This document shows positions 10,896-20,503 of a stretch of 64,000 nt of DNA, piece by piece. Every line of letters begins with the position of its first letter. The stretch's first letter is position 1. Both the position numbers and the translations under genes were made by a program. This DNA comes from Candidatus Saccharimonas sp. (GTDB lineage Bacteria; Patescibacteriota; Saccharimonadia; Saccharimonadales; Saccharimonadaceae): contig JBDHUN010000001.1 of assembly GCA_039809225.1 (NCBI GenBank), positions 22,003-86,002 on the forward strand. The letters are read 5' to 3'. The notes under the pieces are model-generated. The model did no database searches and was not told the origin of the DNA. It saw nothing but the letters and a program-made list of their open reading frames with translations.

Positions 10896-12050
10896 ATGAA
10901 TCAGGAAATGATCTATCTCGACCATGCGGCGGCGACACCGCTCGACCAACGTGTGCTGGCGGCGATGCAGCCTTTTTTTGCCGAGCAGTTCTTTAACCCA
11001 TCGAGTCCCTACGCACCTGCCGTCGAGGTGCGCCGCGCCTATGAAAATGCCAAGCATCGCTTAGCGATGTGTATTGGCGGCATGGCCGATGAAATTATCA
11101 TGACGGCTGGGGCGACGGAATCGATCAATCTCATGATTGGCAGCGCTTCGGGGCATGTAGTCACCAGTAGTATTGAACACCCGGCGGTGCTACGGGCAAC
11201 TACTCGGCATGATCATACATTGGTAAGCCCCGATCATACGGGTCTCGTCACTGCACTATCGGTTACCAAAGCGATCCGTCCTGATACGACACTGGTGAGT
11301 ATTCAGCTTGCTAACAACGAACTTGGCACGATTCAGCCGCTGCGCGACATAGCTGAAGTCGTGAAACGGGAGCGCCACCGTCGGGCCGAAGCGGGTGAAG
11401 CTGCACCGATCTATTTCCATACCGATGCATCACAGGGCGCAGGCCAGATCGACATCAATGTCGCCAGACTGGGTGTCGATGCGATGACGCTCAACGCCGG
11501 CAAAGTATATGGTCCGAAGCAAGTCGGGCTTCTTTGGGTGGCTCGCCATGTACAACTAACGCCGCTGGTAGTTGGCGGCGGTCAAGAGCGGGGACTCAGG
11601 AGTGGAACCGAAAACGTCGCCGGTACGATTGGGTTTGCGACTGCACTTGAACTTGCCGTCCAGCACCGCGCGAGTGAGGCGAAGCGTCTCATGCAGCTGC
11701 GCGATGACTTACAGTATCAGTTGACGCAAGCATTCCCTGACATGGTGGTATCGGGCAATCTCAAAAAACGTTTACCTGGGCACCTTCATATTTCATTTCC
11801 GGGCTTGGACGCCGAGCGGCTGATTTTTATGCTCGAAGCCGAATACGTACTGGTGGCAACTGGTAGCGCCTGCGCTGCAAACAAAGGCACGCGTAGTCAT
11901 GTCCTCATGGCAATTGGACTGCCGCCTGAAGTCGCTGACGGAAGCTTGCGGCTGACGTTCGGCCGTACAAATAACCATGACCAAATTAGTCAGATATTCG
12001 GTATAATAAGGACTATGGTTACCAAAGAGCAGGAGCGAGTGAATCGATGA
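10896..12050 (+). CDS. Cysteine desulfurase (class V aminotransferase, IscS/NifS-like)
   Basis: LDHAATTP N-terminus, HTDASQ, PLP-lysine region (NAGKVYGPK) and catalytic-Cys loop GSACA. Confidence 0.88.
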   Translation: MNQEMIYLDHAAATPLDQRVLAAMQPFFAEQFFNPSSPYAPAVEVRRAYENAKHRLAMCIGGMADEIIMTAGATESINLMIGSASGHVVTSSIEHPAVLRATTRHDHTLVSPDHTGLVTALSVTKAIRPDTTLVSIQLANNELGTIQPLRDIAEVVKRERHRRAEAGEAAPIYFHTDASQGAGQIDINVARLGVDAMTLNAGKVYGPKQVGLLWVARHVQLTPLVVGGGQERGLRSGTENVAGTIGFATALELAVQHRASEAKRLMQLRDDLQYQLTQAFPDMVVSGNLKKRLPGHLHISFPGLDAERLIFMLEAEYVLVATGSACAANKGTRSHVLMAIGLPPEVADGSLRLTFGRTNNHDQISQIFGIIRTMVTKEQERVNR

Positions 12051-12664
12051 AATTTTTGAAGATTTCTCTTGTCATAGTTGTGTTGTTGGGCCTATTCGCA
12101 TGGTGGGTAACGATTTTTCTCGGGCCTGATGATATTTCGCATTGCGGTGCTCGCCCTGACCCATCGAAGACTGGCTGTTTGCCAGCCGATGCCATCGTGG
12201 CAGTGAGCGGCGGCGACACCAAAGCGCGCGCCGAGGAAGCGATCAAATTATTTAAAAATAGCTGGGCACCTATCTTGATTTTCTCAGGTGCAGCGGCCGA
12301 CACGAGCGGACCGAGTAACGCAGCCGTTATGAAGCAACAAGCGATCGACGCGGGCATTGACCCCAACTCAATTATCATCGAGGATACCAGCCAGAATACC
12401 AGCCAAAATGCCGAGGCTACCACAACGATTTTCGAGCAGCAGGGCATTAAATCGGCCATTTTGGTGACGTCGGCCTATCATGAGCGTCGTGCTGGGTTGG
12501 AGTTCAAAAAGCGTGCTTCATCAGTGAGCGTGCGCCGTCACCCTGTAGCGCAGGATAAGCAATGGGGCCCGTGGTGGTGGGCAACCCCTACCGGGTGGGC
12601 ATTGGCCATTCCAGAAGTGGTAGCGTCACTGGTGCTTTCGACGGGCGGTATTGCCGAGCGATGA
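12047..12664 (+). CDS. DUF218 (YdcF/ElyC-like) domain membrane protein
   Basis: N-terminal TM helix, then DAIVAVSGGD and LVTSAYHERRA motifs typical of DUF218. Confidence 0.75.
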   Translation: MKFLKISLVIVVLLGLFAWWVTIFLGPDDISHCGARPDPSKTGCLPADAIVAVSGGDTKARAEEAIKLFKNSWAPILIFSGAAADTSGPSNAAVMKQQAIDAGIDPNSIIIEDTSQNTSQNAEATTTIFEQQGIKSAILVTSAYHERRAGLEFKKRASSVSVRRHPVAQDKQWGPWWWATPTGWALAIPEVVASLVLSTGGIAER

Positions 12665-13689
12665 GCCGCGTCTATGTTGGCATGAGCGGTGGGGTAGATA
12701 GCTCGCTCACCGCAGCGCTTTTGGTCGAGCAAGGCTATGACGTCGTTGGTGTTTACATGAAGAATTGGAGCCAAGATCTGCCCGGTATGAAATGCCCATG
12801 GGCCGAGGATTTGGCAGATGCTAAGCGTGTCGCTGTGCAGCTTGGCATTGATTTTAAAGTATTTGATTTTGAAAAAGACTACAGGCACAAAGTCGTCGAC
12901 TATATGATCGCTGAATATCAGGCCGGTCGTACGCCAAATCCCGATATTATGTGCAACCAAGAAGTGAAATTCAAACTATTTCTTGAAGCCGCACTCGCCG
13001 ATGGCGCTGATATGATTGCCACGGGCCACTACGCCTCTGTCAAAGATGGTGTGTTATTGATGGGTAAAGACAAGAACAAAGACCAGACCTATTTCCTCTA
13101 CCGCGTCACATCTGAAGCATTATCGAAAACATTGTTCCCGCTCGGCAATTACACCAAGCAAGAGGTACGGGCGATGGCGAAAGAACGCGGTCTATGGACG
13201 GCGAGCAAAAAAGAGTCAATGGGAGTTTGTTTCGTCGGTAGCGTCGGTATGCGAGATTTTCTCAGTCAATATGTAACAACTAGTCCAGGTGATGTTATCG
13301 ATAAAAAAACCGGCAAAAAACTTGGTCGTCACGATGGCGCGATTTTCTATACGCTTGGTCAGCGGCATGGTCTGAATATTGGCGGCGGATTGCCATATTA
13401 TGTTGTCGGCAAGGATATGAAAAAAAATGAAGTTCATGTCAGTACCGATCTTAACGACGATGCGATGTGGCGTCAGAAAGTGAAGTTAGAGAGTATTCAT
13501 TGGATCAATGAGCCGCCGAAACCGCACGATAAGTTGCTTGTGCGTTTACGCCATCGCGGAGCATTGCTATCATGCACGCTCAACGGTACCACGTTACGAT
13601 TAGTGCAACCTGAACGCGCTGCCACACCGGGGCAATCCGCCGTCCTATATGATGGTGATATCTGTCTCGGTGGCGGTATCGTCGCGTGA
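12661..13689 (+). CDS. mnmA: tRNA 2-thiouridine(34) synthase
   Basis: PP-loop VGMSGGVDSS directly after ATG 12661, which overlaps the upstream stop as ATGA. Sits next to the cysteine desulfurase. The ORF is open from 12562. Confidence 0.9.
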   Translation: MSRVYVGMSGGVDSSLTAALLVEQGYDVVGVYMKNWSQDLPGMKCPWAEDLADAKRVAVQLGIDFKVFDFEKDYRHKVVDYMIAEYQAGRTPNPDIMCNQEVKFKLFLEAALADGADMIATGHYASVKDGVLLMGKDKNKDQTYFLYRVTSEALSKTLFPLGNYTKQEVRAMAKERGLWTASKKESMGVCFVGSVGMRDFLSQYVTTSPGDVIDKKTGKKLGRHDGAIFYTLGQRHGLNIGGGLPYYVVGKDMKKNEVHVSTDLNDDAMWRQKVKLESIHWINEPPKPHDKLLVRLRHRGALLSCTLNGTTLRLVQPERAATPGQSAVLYDGDICLGGGIVA

Positions 13690-13766
13690 GTCACAATTGT
13701 GATATATCTCACTGTTTAAAGTCGTGAGCTTATGTATCCTATAGTCATAACGTAAAGGAGGCTGCA

Positions 13767-13952
13767 ATGGGGTTTGTAGATGATGTCAAAGATAATGTTG
13801 GTGATGCGATGAACGACGCAGAAAATAAATTCCACGAAGAGAAAGGCAAAGCCGAAGGGTATATGCAGGGTCGGCAAGATGCTGCCGATGAGAAGTGCGA
13901 CTGTGGCAAAGATGGCTGTCAGTGCAAAAAAGGCGAATGCGACTGCGAGTAA
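13767..13952 (+). CDS. Small acidic protein with Cys-rich (CxC) C-terminal tail
   Basis: Strong SD aaaggagg 6 nt upstream of the ATG. 61 aa ending CDCGKDGCQCKKGECDCE. Confidence 0.55.
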   Translation: MGFVDDVKDNVGDAMNDAENKFHEEKGKAEGYMQGRQDAADEKCDCGKDGCQCKKGECDCE

Positions 13953-14009
13953 GGATACTCCTCACAAAAAACACCTCTGATTTATCAAAGCGTTTTTTGT
14001 ATGAATGAA

Positions 14010-15011
14010 CTAAATGTTCATAATATTGAGTGTGGAATGTTTGCTGCGAACCCGAGAATAATCAAGCGCTAACGCTTCTTGTTCTCTCGTGATGCTCGGC
14101 AAATACTCGCGTTGAATTAGTGAGAGCGCAATGACGTCACTCAAGATCAATGTTGCCTGATGTGCTTGTTCGGCAAGCTGTCGAAGCGGCATACTGCGGG
14201 CAGCCGAAGCATCAATAACAGTATCTGACGCGGCTGCAGCTAGGCGCTGAAGCGAGGCGAGCTTGGCGCTTGGCTTGCGACTTTGCGCGGCGTTTCGGTC
14301 ATAACGATGGGCGAGCTCTACGAGCTGGGCGGGATCGAGATTATACTCCAAGATCTTTTCGACTATTCCACCATACATACAAGAAATCTGTGTCATGCGA
14401 TACACGACATTCTCGCGATGTTCTTTGAGGGTATTGCCGTAGGTCTGTTGCTCGCGGCGGACATGCTTTTTGGCCGCTCGACGGCCGCGCCATGAGCTAT
14501 GTGCATCAACATATGATACATGACAAGTAGTTGCAATATCACCGAAAGCTCGGTAAGCGTGGTACGTCTGGAGTAGCTCTTGCAATTCGGATGCGCTGCG
14601 GTCAGACAGCAGACTGGTGGCAAGATTGCGTAATTGCTTGGCTTCATGTGTATGCGTTGCTTGGGTGTGACTCCCAACAAACTGCTCGACAAGTGATTGA
14701 TGACGATCGTCACGTAGCGACTCGGCTATATGCTCGGCTTCGGTTTGTTCGAGCAAATAAGTATCTGCCAGACTAGAGCGAAAGGCAGCGCGGCGAGAAT
14801 TGGTCTGAATTTTGCGCAGTTTTGGCACCAACTGGCGATACGCGGCATCGAGCAGGGCGGGTGCTTTATCATCAAGTATATTGAGCTGCTCGCGCATGGC
14901 GGGCGGGAGTTCTGCTGCGAGCTCAGCGATTTCGGTACGAAACTGTTCGACATCTTGTACAAGGATGTCGAGGGCTTCACTGCGAAATGTATCATAAAGT
15001 TGACGAGTCAT
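14010..15011 (-). CDS. Hypothetical protein (mostly helical)
   Basis: 333-aa minus-strand ORF. The + strand ORFs over it are short shadows. No recognisable domain. Confidence 0.6.
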   Translation of the reverse strand: MTRQLYDTFRSEALDILVQDVEQFRTEIAELAAELPPAMREQLNILDDKAPALLDAAYRQLVPKLRKIQTNSRRAAFRSSLADTYLLEQTEAEHIAESLRDDRHQSLVEQFVGSHTQATHTHEAKQLRNLATSLLSDRSASELQELLQTYHAYRAFGDIATTCHVSYVDAHSSWRGRRAAKKHVRREQQTYGNTLKEHRENVVYRMTQISCMYGGIVEKILEYNLDPAQLVELAHRYDRNAAQSRKPSAKLASLQRLAAAASDTVIDASAARSMPLRQLAEQAHQATLILSDVIALSLIQREYLPSITREQEALALDYSRVRSKHSTLNIMNI

Positions 15012-15074
15012 ATTACGACTATTCTATCACTATTATGAAATAAAAGCAATATGATGATAGAATATTATAAAAAA

Positions 15075-15323
15075 TTACTCGTCGTCATCAGGATAGCGAT
15101 TGGTCCAGTAGATTGCACGGGTGGCTATATCATGTTTTCGTCTTTTTATATCGTGGCGTAAGCTGACGGCATCACCGCTCACAAAACGCTTATACCATGG
15201 CATCGCTTTTAGTTCTCGGTTTAGGTGGACAATTTCACGACGATCCTCGGCATCTAGCCTGTCCGCCGCCTTGCGGTCATACTCTGCCCATCGATGTTCT
15301 GCATGTTCCATATAGTAATGCAT
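15075..15323 (-). CDS. Hypothetical small protein
   Basis: 82-aa ORF upstream of, and co-oriented with, 14010..15011. Confidence 0.5.
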   Translation of the reverse strand: MHYYMEHAEHRWAEYDRKAADRLDAEDRREIVHLNRELKAMPWYKRFVSGDAVSLRHDIKRRKHDIATRAIYWTNRYPDDDE

Positions 15324-15379
15324 AGCATACTATAAAACTCATGCCGGCACAACGCGTGATTGATGGTATAATTTAACAG

Positions 15380-17374
15380 ATGAATACTCAACAAATTCGT
15401 AAAGCCTACCTAGATTTCTTTGCCCAGCGCGACCACCACATCGTCCCGCGAGCACCACTTGTGCTCCAAGATGACCCAACGACGTTGTTCACCGGGAGCG
15501 GTATGCAGCCGATGATCCCGTACCTCCTGGGAGAACCGCATCCGGACGGCGTGCGTTTGGCAGACAGCCAGACTTGCTTGCGAGCTCAAGATATCGATGA
15601 CATCGGCGACAACCGTCACACGGTGTTTTTTGAGATGCTCGGTAACTGGAGTCTCGGCGACTATTTCAAGCGAGAGCAAATCCCATGGATGTTTGAGTTT
15701 TTGACTGAAGTTGTCGGGCTCGATGCCTCTCGGCTCTATGTGACATGCTACATAGGCAACGATAAGTTTAAGATTCCGAAAGACCAAGAAGCGGCTGATA
15801 TCTGGGCCAAGTTGTTTGCCGATGTGGGTCTTTCGAATGATATGGCGGATATTGGCAGCGAAGAAGCTGGCTATGCACGCGGCGTCAAAGACGGCGAGCG
15901 AATCTTTTTCTACGATGGCAGCAAAAACTGGTGGAGTCGCAATGGCCGCGAGGATACGACACCGGTGGGTGATCCGTGTGGGCCAGATAGCGAGATGTTT
16001 TATGATTTTGGTACACCGCACAATTCTGAATTTGGTGAGCATTGCCATCCGAACTGTGATTGTGGTCGCTTCATGGAGATCGGCAACAACGTGTTTATGG
16101 CCTACAAGAAAGTCGCTGAGGGCCAATTCGAGCCGCTTGAAAAGCCGAATATTGATCAGGGTTCCGGCCTCGAGCGTATCGCTGCCGCGGTTAATAACGA
16201 TGCCGATATCTTCAAGATTAGCTTGCTCTGGCCAATCATCGAGAAATTGCAAGATTTGAGCGGCAAGAAATACGAGAGTCATACCGAAAGCATGCGCGTC
16301 ATTGCCGACCACCTGCGTGCGGCAACATTCCTCGCAGTCGACGGCTGTGTGCCGAGCAACAAAGAACAGGGCTATGTCATGCGCCGGCTGCTGCGCCGGG
16401 CTATTCGTTATAGTTTTGATCTCGGTATCGAACAAAACTTTTTACAAGAAGTTGTTCCGGTTATCGCCGATCTGTATAACAATGATTTTCCCGAAGTTGC
16501 CGAACACCGCGACGAAGTCATCGCCATTCTGGTGAAAGAGGAAAAAGCGTTTCGTCAAACCCTGCGCAAGGGTTTGAAAAAGCTGGAAGAAGCATTCGCA
16601 CCCACGCTTCGTGCGGGCGAATCTTCGTTAGCCAACGAAGATTCGGGGGAAGGCGGGCTGTCGTGCAGCGAAGCAGCGGCACCCGAGAAGGGGTTGCCCC
16701 TCTCTCATAATGGATTAAAAGATGCCGGCGCTATCCTTTTTCAACTTTATGATACCTATGGGTTCCCTGTTGAACTCTCCGTTGAAGAGTGTTTCAAACG
16801 AGGTATCGAGCTCCCCGAAAACTGGCGAGAACAATTCGACGCGAAGATGCGCGAACAGCGTGAGCGTAGCCAAACTGCTCAAAAAGGCACCTTCAAGGGC
16901 GGCCTCGAGGGTCACGACGATATTCACAAAAAATACCACACGGCGACACACCTCATGTACAAGGCGCTCCGTATGGTGCTTGGTGATCACGTGATTCAAC
17001 GCGGCAGCAATATCACTGCCGAACGATTGCGTTTTGACTTTTCTCACCCAGAGAAAGTCACGCGTGAGCAACTCGACGAGGTCGAGCGTATTGTCAATGA
17101 TGTCATCAAACAAGATCTGCCGATGACCTGGAAAGAATACCAGACTGACGAGGCTTTTGCCAAAGGTGCACTTGGTGCCTTCGGGGATAAATACGGCGAT
17201 TCAGTCAAAGTTTACTCTGCCGGCGAAGGTGACAATCTCTTTAGCTTCGAGATCTGTGGCGGCCCGCATGTCGAGCATACCGGTCAATTAGCCGAGGGCG
17301 GTAAAATCTTCAAGATCACCAAGGAAGAAGCATCCAGCGCCGGCATCCGCCGCGTTAAAGCGGTGCTAGCCTAG
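15380..17374 (+). CDS. alaS: Alanine--tRNA ligase (short form, no C-terminal DHHA1-type domain)
   Basis: TGSGMQP and FFEMLGNWSLGDYF class II core. Editing-domain motifs HTATHL and CGGPHV. TATAAT 15367-15372 lies 7 nt before the ATG. Confidence 0.92.
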   Translation: MNTQQIRKAYLDFFAQRDHHIVPRAPLVLQDDPTTLFTGSGMQPMIPYLLGEPHPDGVRLADSQTCLRAQDIDDIGDNRHTVFFEMLGNWSLGDYFKREQIPWMFEFLTEVVGLDASRLYVTCYIGNDKFKIPKDQEAADIWAKLFADVGLSNDMADIGSEEAGYARGVKDGERIFFYDGSKNWWSRNGREDTTPVGDPCGPDSEMFYDFGTPHNSEFGEHCHPNCDCGRFMEIGNNVFMAYKKVAEGQFEPLEKPNIDQGSGLERIAAAVNNDADIFKISLLWPIIEKLQDLSGKKYESHTESMRVIADHLRAATFLAVDGCVPSNKEQGYVMRRLLRRAIRYSFDLGIEQNFLQEVVPVIADLYNNDFPEVAEHRDEVIAILVKEEKAFRQTLRKGLKKLEEAFAPTLRAGESSLANEDSGEGGLSCSEAAAPEKGLPLSHNGLKDAGAILFQLYDTYGFPVELSVEECFKRGIELPENWREQFDAKMREQRERSQTAQKGTFKGGLEGHDDIHKKYHTATHLMYKALRMVLGDHVIQRGSNITAERLRFDFSHPEKVTREQLDEVERIVNDVIKQDLPMTWKEYQTDEAFAKGALGAFGDKYGDSVKVYSAGEGDNLFSFEICGGPHVEHTGQLAEGGKIFKITKEEASSAGIRRVKAVLA

Positions 17375-17382
17375 AATATCCG

Positions 17383-18222
17383 CTAAATCTTTGCAACGGG
17401 GACTTGGTATTTTTCCGAGCAGAGCATGTCGAGTGCACGGACCATAATTTCAAGGTCAACTATGTCGGCGCACTCGCGATGATCTTCAAAACCTTCATCA
17501 AGAGACAGCACAGTTTTATCAAGCCATGGTTTTCCATCGCTATTGAGCGTGAATTTCCGCCCCAGAAGACACCCTTGCTCGATAGTGCTGACATCGAGGA
17601 GCGCATGTGAAAAGATGCCGTCAGATGAGGGCACAATACCTAGTTTTGTGCTGCTATTCGTCACGACATCACCATTTTCGAGTGGAATCAATTCATGCTG
17701 TACAAATTCAGTTTTCTCGCGCCATGTATCGGCACATCCACGCAGCAAAACCTTGTAAGCCCCGAAAACGTCGTGACTATTCTGATTTTCGGTCGTATCT
17801 GGCAATAGGTCCTGCGGATAGTCGGTCGTCTGCGTCGCTTGCTCGGGGTCAAGCCGTGAGCGATCAAGAAGTGGCAGTAAAGAAGCGTCATCAATGGTCT
17901 CGTCGAGGACTTGATGTGCCCAGCCGCCCCTATTTCTACGATATATCGCTCTACCGTTTGCCGTATGTAACACAAGTTCACCGGCTAAGTTGTTCCCATG
18001 ATATGAGAGAAAAGTATCGATAGAAAAAGCACTGGCTTCGTTCCACGCCTCGGGATTGATCATTGTGGAATGTTCAGCAGAGAACGTTATGTTATCTGGC
18101 TCAGCGATAAGGTTGAGAAGCTCAACAGTATCGCGAATGACATTGCCAAAAGCACTCAACGATTCATGGGAGTAAGATTCTGCGTTGAGGCGATTTTCTG
18201 GGGTATTATCATATGATTTCAT
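17383..18222 (-). CDS. Hypothetical protein
   Basis: 279-aa ORF. Weak similarity by eye to the 19597..20418 product (shared ..W....L.E..D...LL.LL.RSR.. segment). Confidence 0.55.
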   Translation of the reverse strand: MKSYDNTPENRLNAESYSHESLSAFGNVIRDTVELLNLIAEPDNITFSAEHSTMINPEAWNEASAFSIDTFLSYHGNNLAGELVLHTANGRAIYRRNRGGWAHQVLDETIDDASLLPLLDRSRLDPEQATQTTDYPQDLLPDTTENQNSHDVFGAYKVLLRGCADTWREKTEFVQHELIPLENGDVVTNSSTKLGIVPSSDGIFSHALLDVSTIEQGCLLGRKFTLNSDGKPWLDKTVLSLDEGFEDHRECADIVDLEIMVRALDMLCSEKYQVPVAKI

Positions 18223-18383
18223 AGGCGATATGTCTTATCAACAGTCATATTATATCATATGTTCTATAAAAAAGCAATACATATATCTCAATATATTGCA
18301 GGAATACGAAATTTATGCTATAAAACTATGCAAGACTTCGAGTACACTCCCGAAGAGCTCCGTACCAAGTTAGGAGAAAAACA

Positions 18384-19511
18384 ATGTACGAGATCTGCAC
18401 GGTGAAACCCGCCGATAGTACGTTGCCGTCACAAGCGACGATCGTTGCGATACACGAAGCAGGCTTTGACGCGGTGGCCGAGCGATTCGCGTCGGATGAC
18501 GTTCAGCGTCTCGCCCGGTTGACTCAACTGTTTCACATGCTGAAACCAGGCGAGTACGACCAGTTGTTGAATACCGGTATTAAGTCACGGGGTTTGTTGG
18601 CTGAGTATGATGGCCTCAATATTCCGCAGAGTGACGACTTTCTGAACGTTGTGAAGCGGGCGGCCGGAGAGTTCACCAAAAACGAACTCTTCATTGAAAT
18701 TGTTGAGCGGAGTAGTGTACCGGAGCACATAGTTTGTGCTCATACTATGCTTGACAATGGTTATCAAACCTTCACCATCGCTCGCTGGAACGATCAAGCA
18801 ACTATCACACCGCTTGAAGAACTGCTCGGGGGGAAGCCCGCACCGGCTATCATCACGCCGCCAGAAGCGCCTTTGACAGTTTCTCCGACACCGGAGGACA
18901 CTGTGGCGACTGAGGTCACTGTAGTGGCATCCAGTACCAAGCGCCCACTGGGCCGCAAGGTCGCTGGCGTGATGACGAACCCGTGGATCTATGCAGTGCT
19001 GACTTGGGTTGTGTCCGGGTTTGTTTTAAGCGCTATGTTTCGCGGTCTGAGTGCCAGATTTGATGGAGACTGGGTAGGTCTCGCTTCAGTGACTGTGGCA
19101 TATGCTGTATTTTGGGTTGTTGCAACCAGGTATCCTGCAGTGCGTGCTTACGCTCACGGAGGCACCAAACCCGCTAGCATTTCAAGTGGGGTAATCCGCG
19201 AAGCAGAGCCTGCCGAAACTCCATCGAAGCAGCCAGCAAAAGAGGATGAACTGCGGTTTATCCCACGTAGGGCTGATAGTAAGAAACCTTGCGTGTGGGT
19301 GCGATACGACCCGGAAGGTAACTTCATGTGTTGGGGCGGCGATTATCGTCAAAGCTACAGGGATTCCTTCTGTGATGACCTCAATTGGTACCATATCCGT
19401 AGGCTTGAATGGATTCCGGCACGTGTTGACATCCCAAATGCCCGTTGGGCGACAGGGCGAAAAGGCGGACCGATCAGTGTACGCATTCCTGCTGCTGCAC
19501 AAAAGCGGTAA
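18384..19511 (+). CDS. Hypothetical membrane protein
   Basis: 375 aa with SD aggag upstream and two central hydrophobic helices (IYAVLTWVVSGFVLSAMF, VTVAYAVFWVVATRY). Confidence 0.55.
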   Translation: MYEICTVKPADSTLPSQATIVAIHEAGFDAVAERFASDDVQRLARLTQLFHMLKPGEYDQLLNTGIKSRGLLAEYDGLNIPQSDDFLNVVKRAAGEFTKNELFIEIVERSSVPEHIVCAHTMLDNGYQTFTIARWNDQATITPLEELLGGKPAPAIITPPEAPLTVSPTPEDTVATEVTVVASSTKRPLGRKVAGVMTNPWIYAVLTWVVSGFVLSAMFRGLSARFDGDWVGLASVTVAYAVFWVVATRYPAVRAYAHGGTKPASISSGVIREAEPAETPSKQPAKEDELRFIPRRADSKKPCVWVRYDPEGNFMCWGGDYRQSYRDSFCDDLNWYHIRRLEWIPARVDIPNARWATGRKGGPISVRIPAAAQKR

Positions 19512-19596
19512 CGGTGATTGTGTGCACCCCTAACTTCCACTACCTTGGTGTCGTCGCTCATGAGAGCGCCGGCACCTTTTTCATATACATACCTAT

Positions 19597-20418
19597 CTAT
19601 TGTCGTGGTGATTTTGCAAAGCGACTTAACCGCTCTAGAATGCTTTCAAATAGTTCGGCGGTGTTGGCGATTGCCAGCACAGTGGACTGCTCCGTCTCGG
19701 GATTAAATAGCATAGCCTCGTAATCTATAACTCCTAAGCCGTTACGAGACAAAGTAGCAATCGCCGACTCTCCGTCGGGACGCTCTGCATCGAGCGGCGT
19801 CTGCATGGTATAAGTATCGACGTGGTTCCTCGTATTGTCTTCAGCGTGCGAGATCACAAACCCGCTCTTGGCGGGACGAAGGTTGTATATTTCGGAGTCG
19901 GGACTCTCGCTAAAACTTTTAACATGGGTGAACGAAGGGGCGAGATGCGCGATATCTGAAATAGTAGCAAATAGCTCATTACCAGTAACAAACGGCAGTT
20001 TCACTGGTGCTGATAGGGCACCTTCAATTGGGTCATTACCAATCGGGCGACTGCGGTGGAGAAGGGCGAGAATTTCCGTGTCAGTATATTCGGGCAGTTT
20101 GTGTGATGTCCAAAGGCCGCTTGCTGTTCGAGCAAATTGAAATCCGGTAGATGGGTTGTTTGGATCGGAGAAATGGATATGACCTGAAGCAAGATGCCCG
20201 CCTATTTCGAACAACACACCGTTCAATACTGCCTCGCCAAACTTGCCATAATGTAAATTAGCAAAGTGTACTTCTTCGAATGTTGGGGTGCGACCGTCCA
20301 GAGCGAGTTTCGTGAGGTCGGCGAGTGCTTTACGGCGCTCTTCTTCGGCTGCGAATTCCTCAAAATCAAAATCATCAAATGATAAATTGCCGAAATCTTG
20401 AATGGATAATTCGCTCAT
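19597..20418 (-). CDS. Hypothetical protein
   Basis: 273-aa ORF with an acidic N-terminus. Possible distant paralog of 17383..18222. Confidence 0.55.
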   Translation of the reverse strand: MSELSIQDFGNLSFDDFDFEEFAAEEERRKALADLTKLALDGRTPTFEEVHFANLHYGKFGEAVLNGVLFEIGGHLASGHIHFSDPNNPSTGFQFARTASGLWTSHKLPEYTDTEILALLHRSRPIGNDPIEGALSAPVKLPFVTGNELFATISDIAHLAPSFTHVKSFSESPDSEIYNLRPAKSGFVISHAEDNTRNHVDTYTMQTPLDAERPDGESAIATLSRNGLGVIDYEAMLFNPETEQSTVLAIANTAELFESILERLSRFAKSPRQ

Positions 20419-20503
20419 TCTTCAATTATATCATATATAATGAAATAAATCAATACTTTCAGCTAGAAATGATGCACCCAGATGTTGTATAATAGAATCA
20501 CTT

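Noticed and set aside
15410-16435. 341-aa minus-strand ORF
   Set aside because: It lies entirely antisense to alaS, whose class II synthetase motifs are unambiguous. It is a typical shadow ORF with no SD and odd composition.
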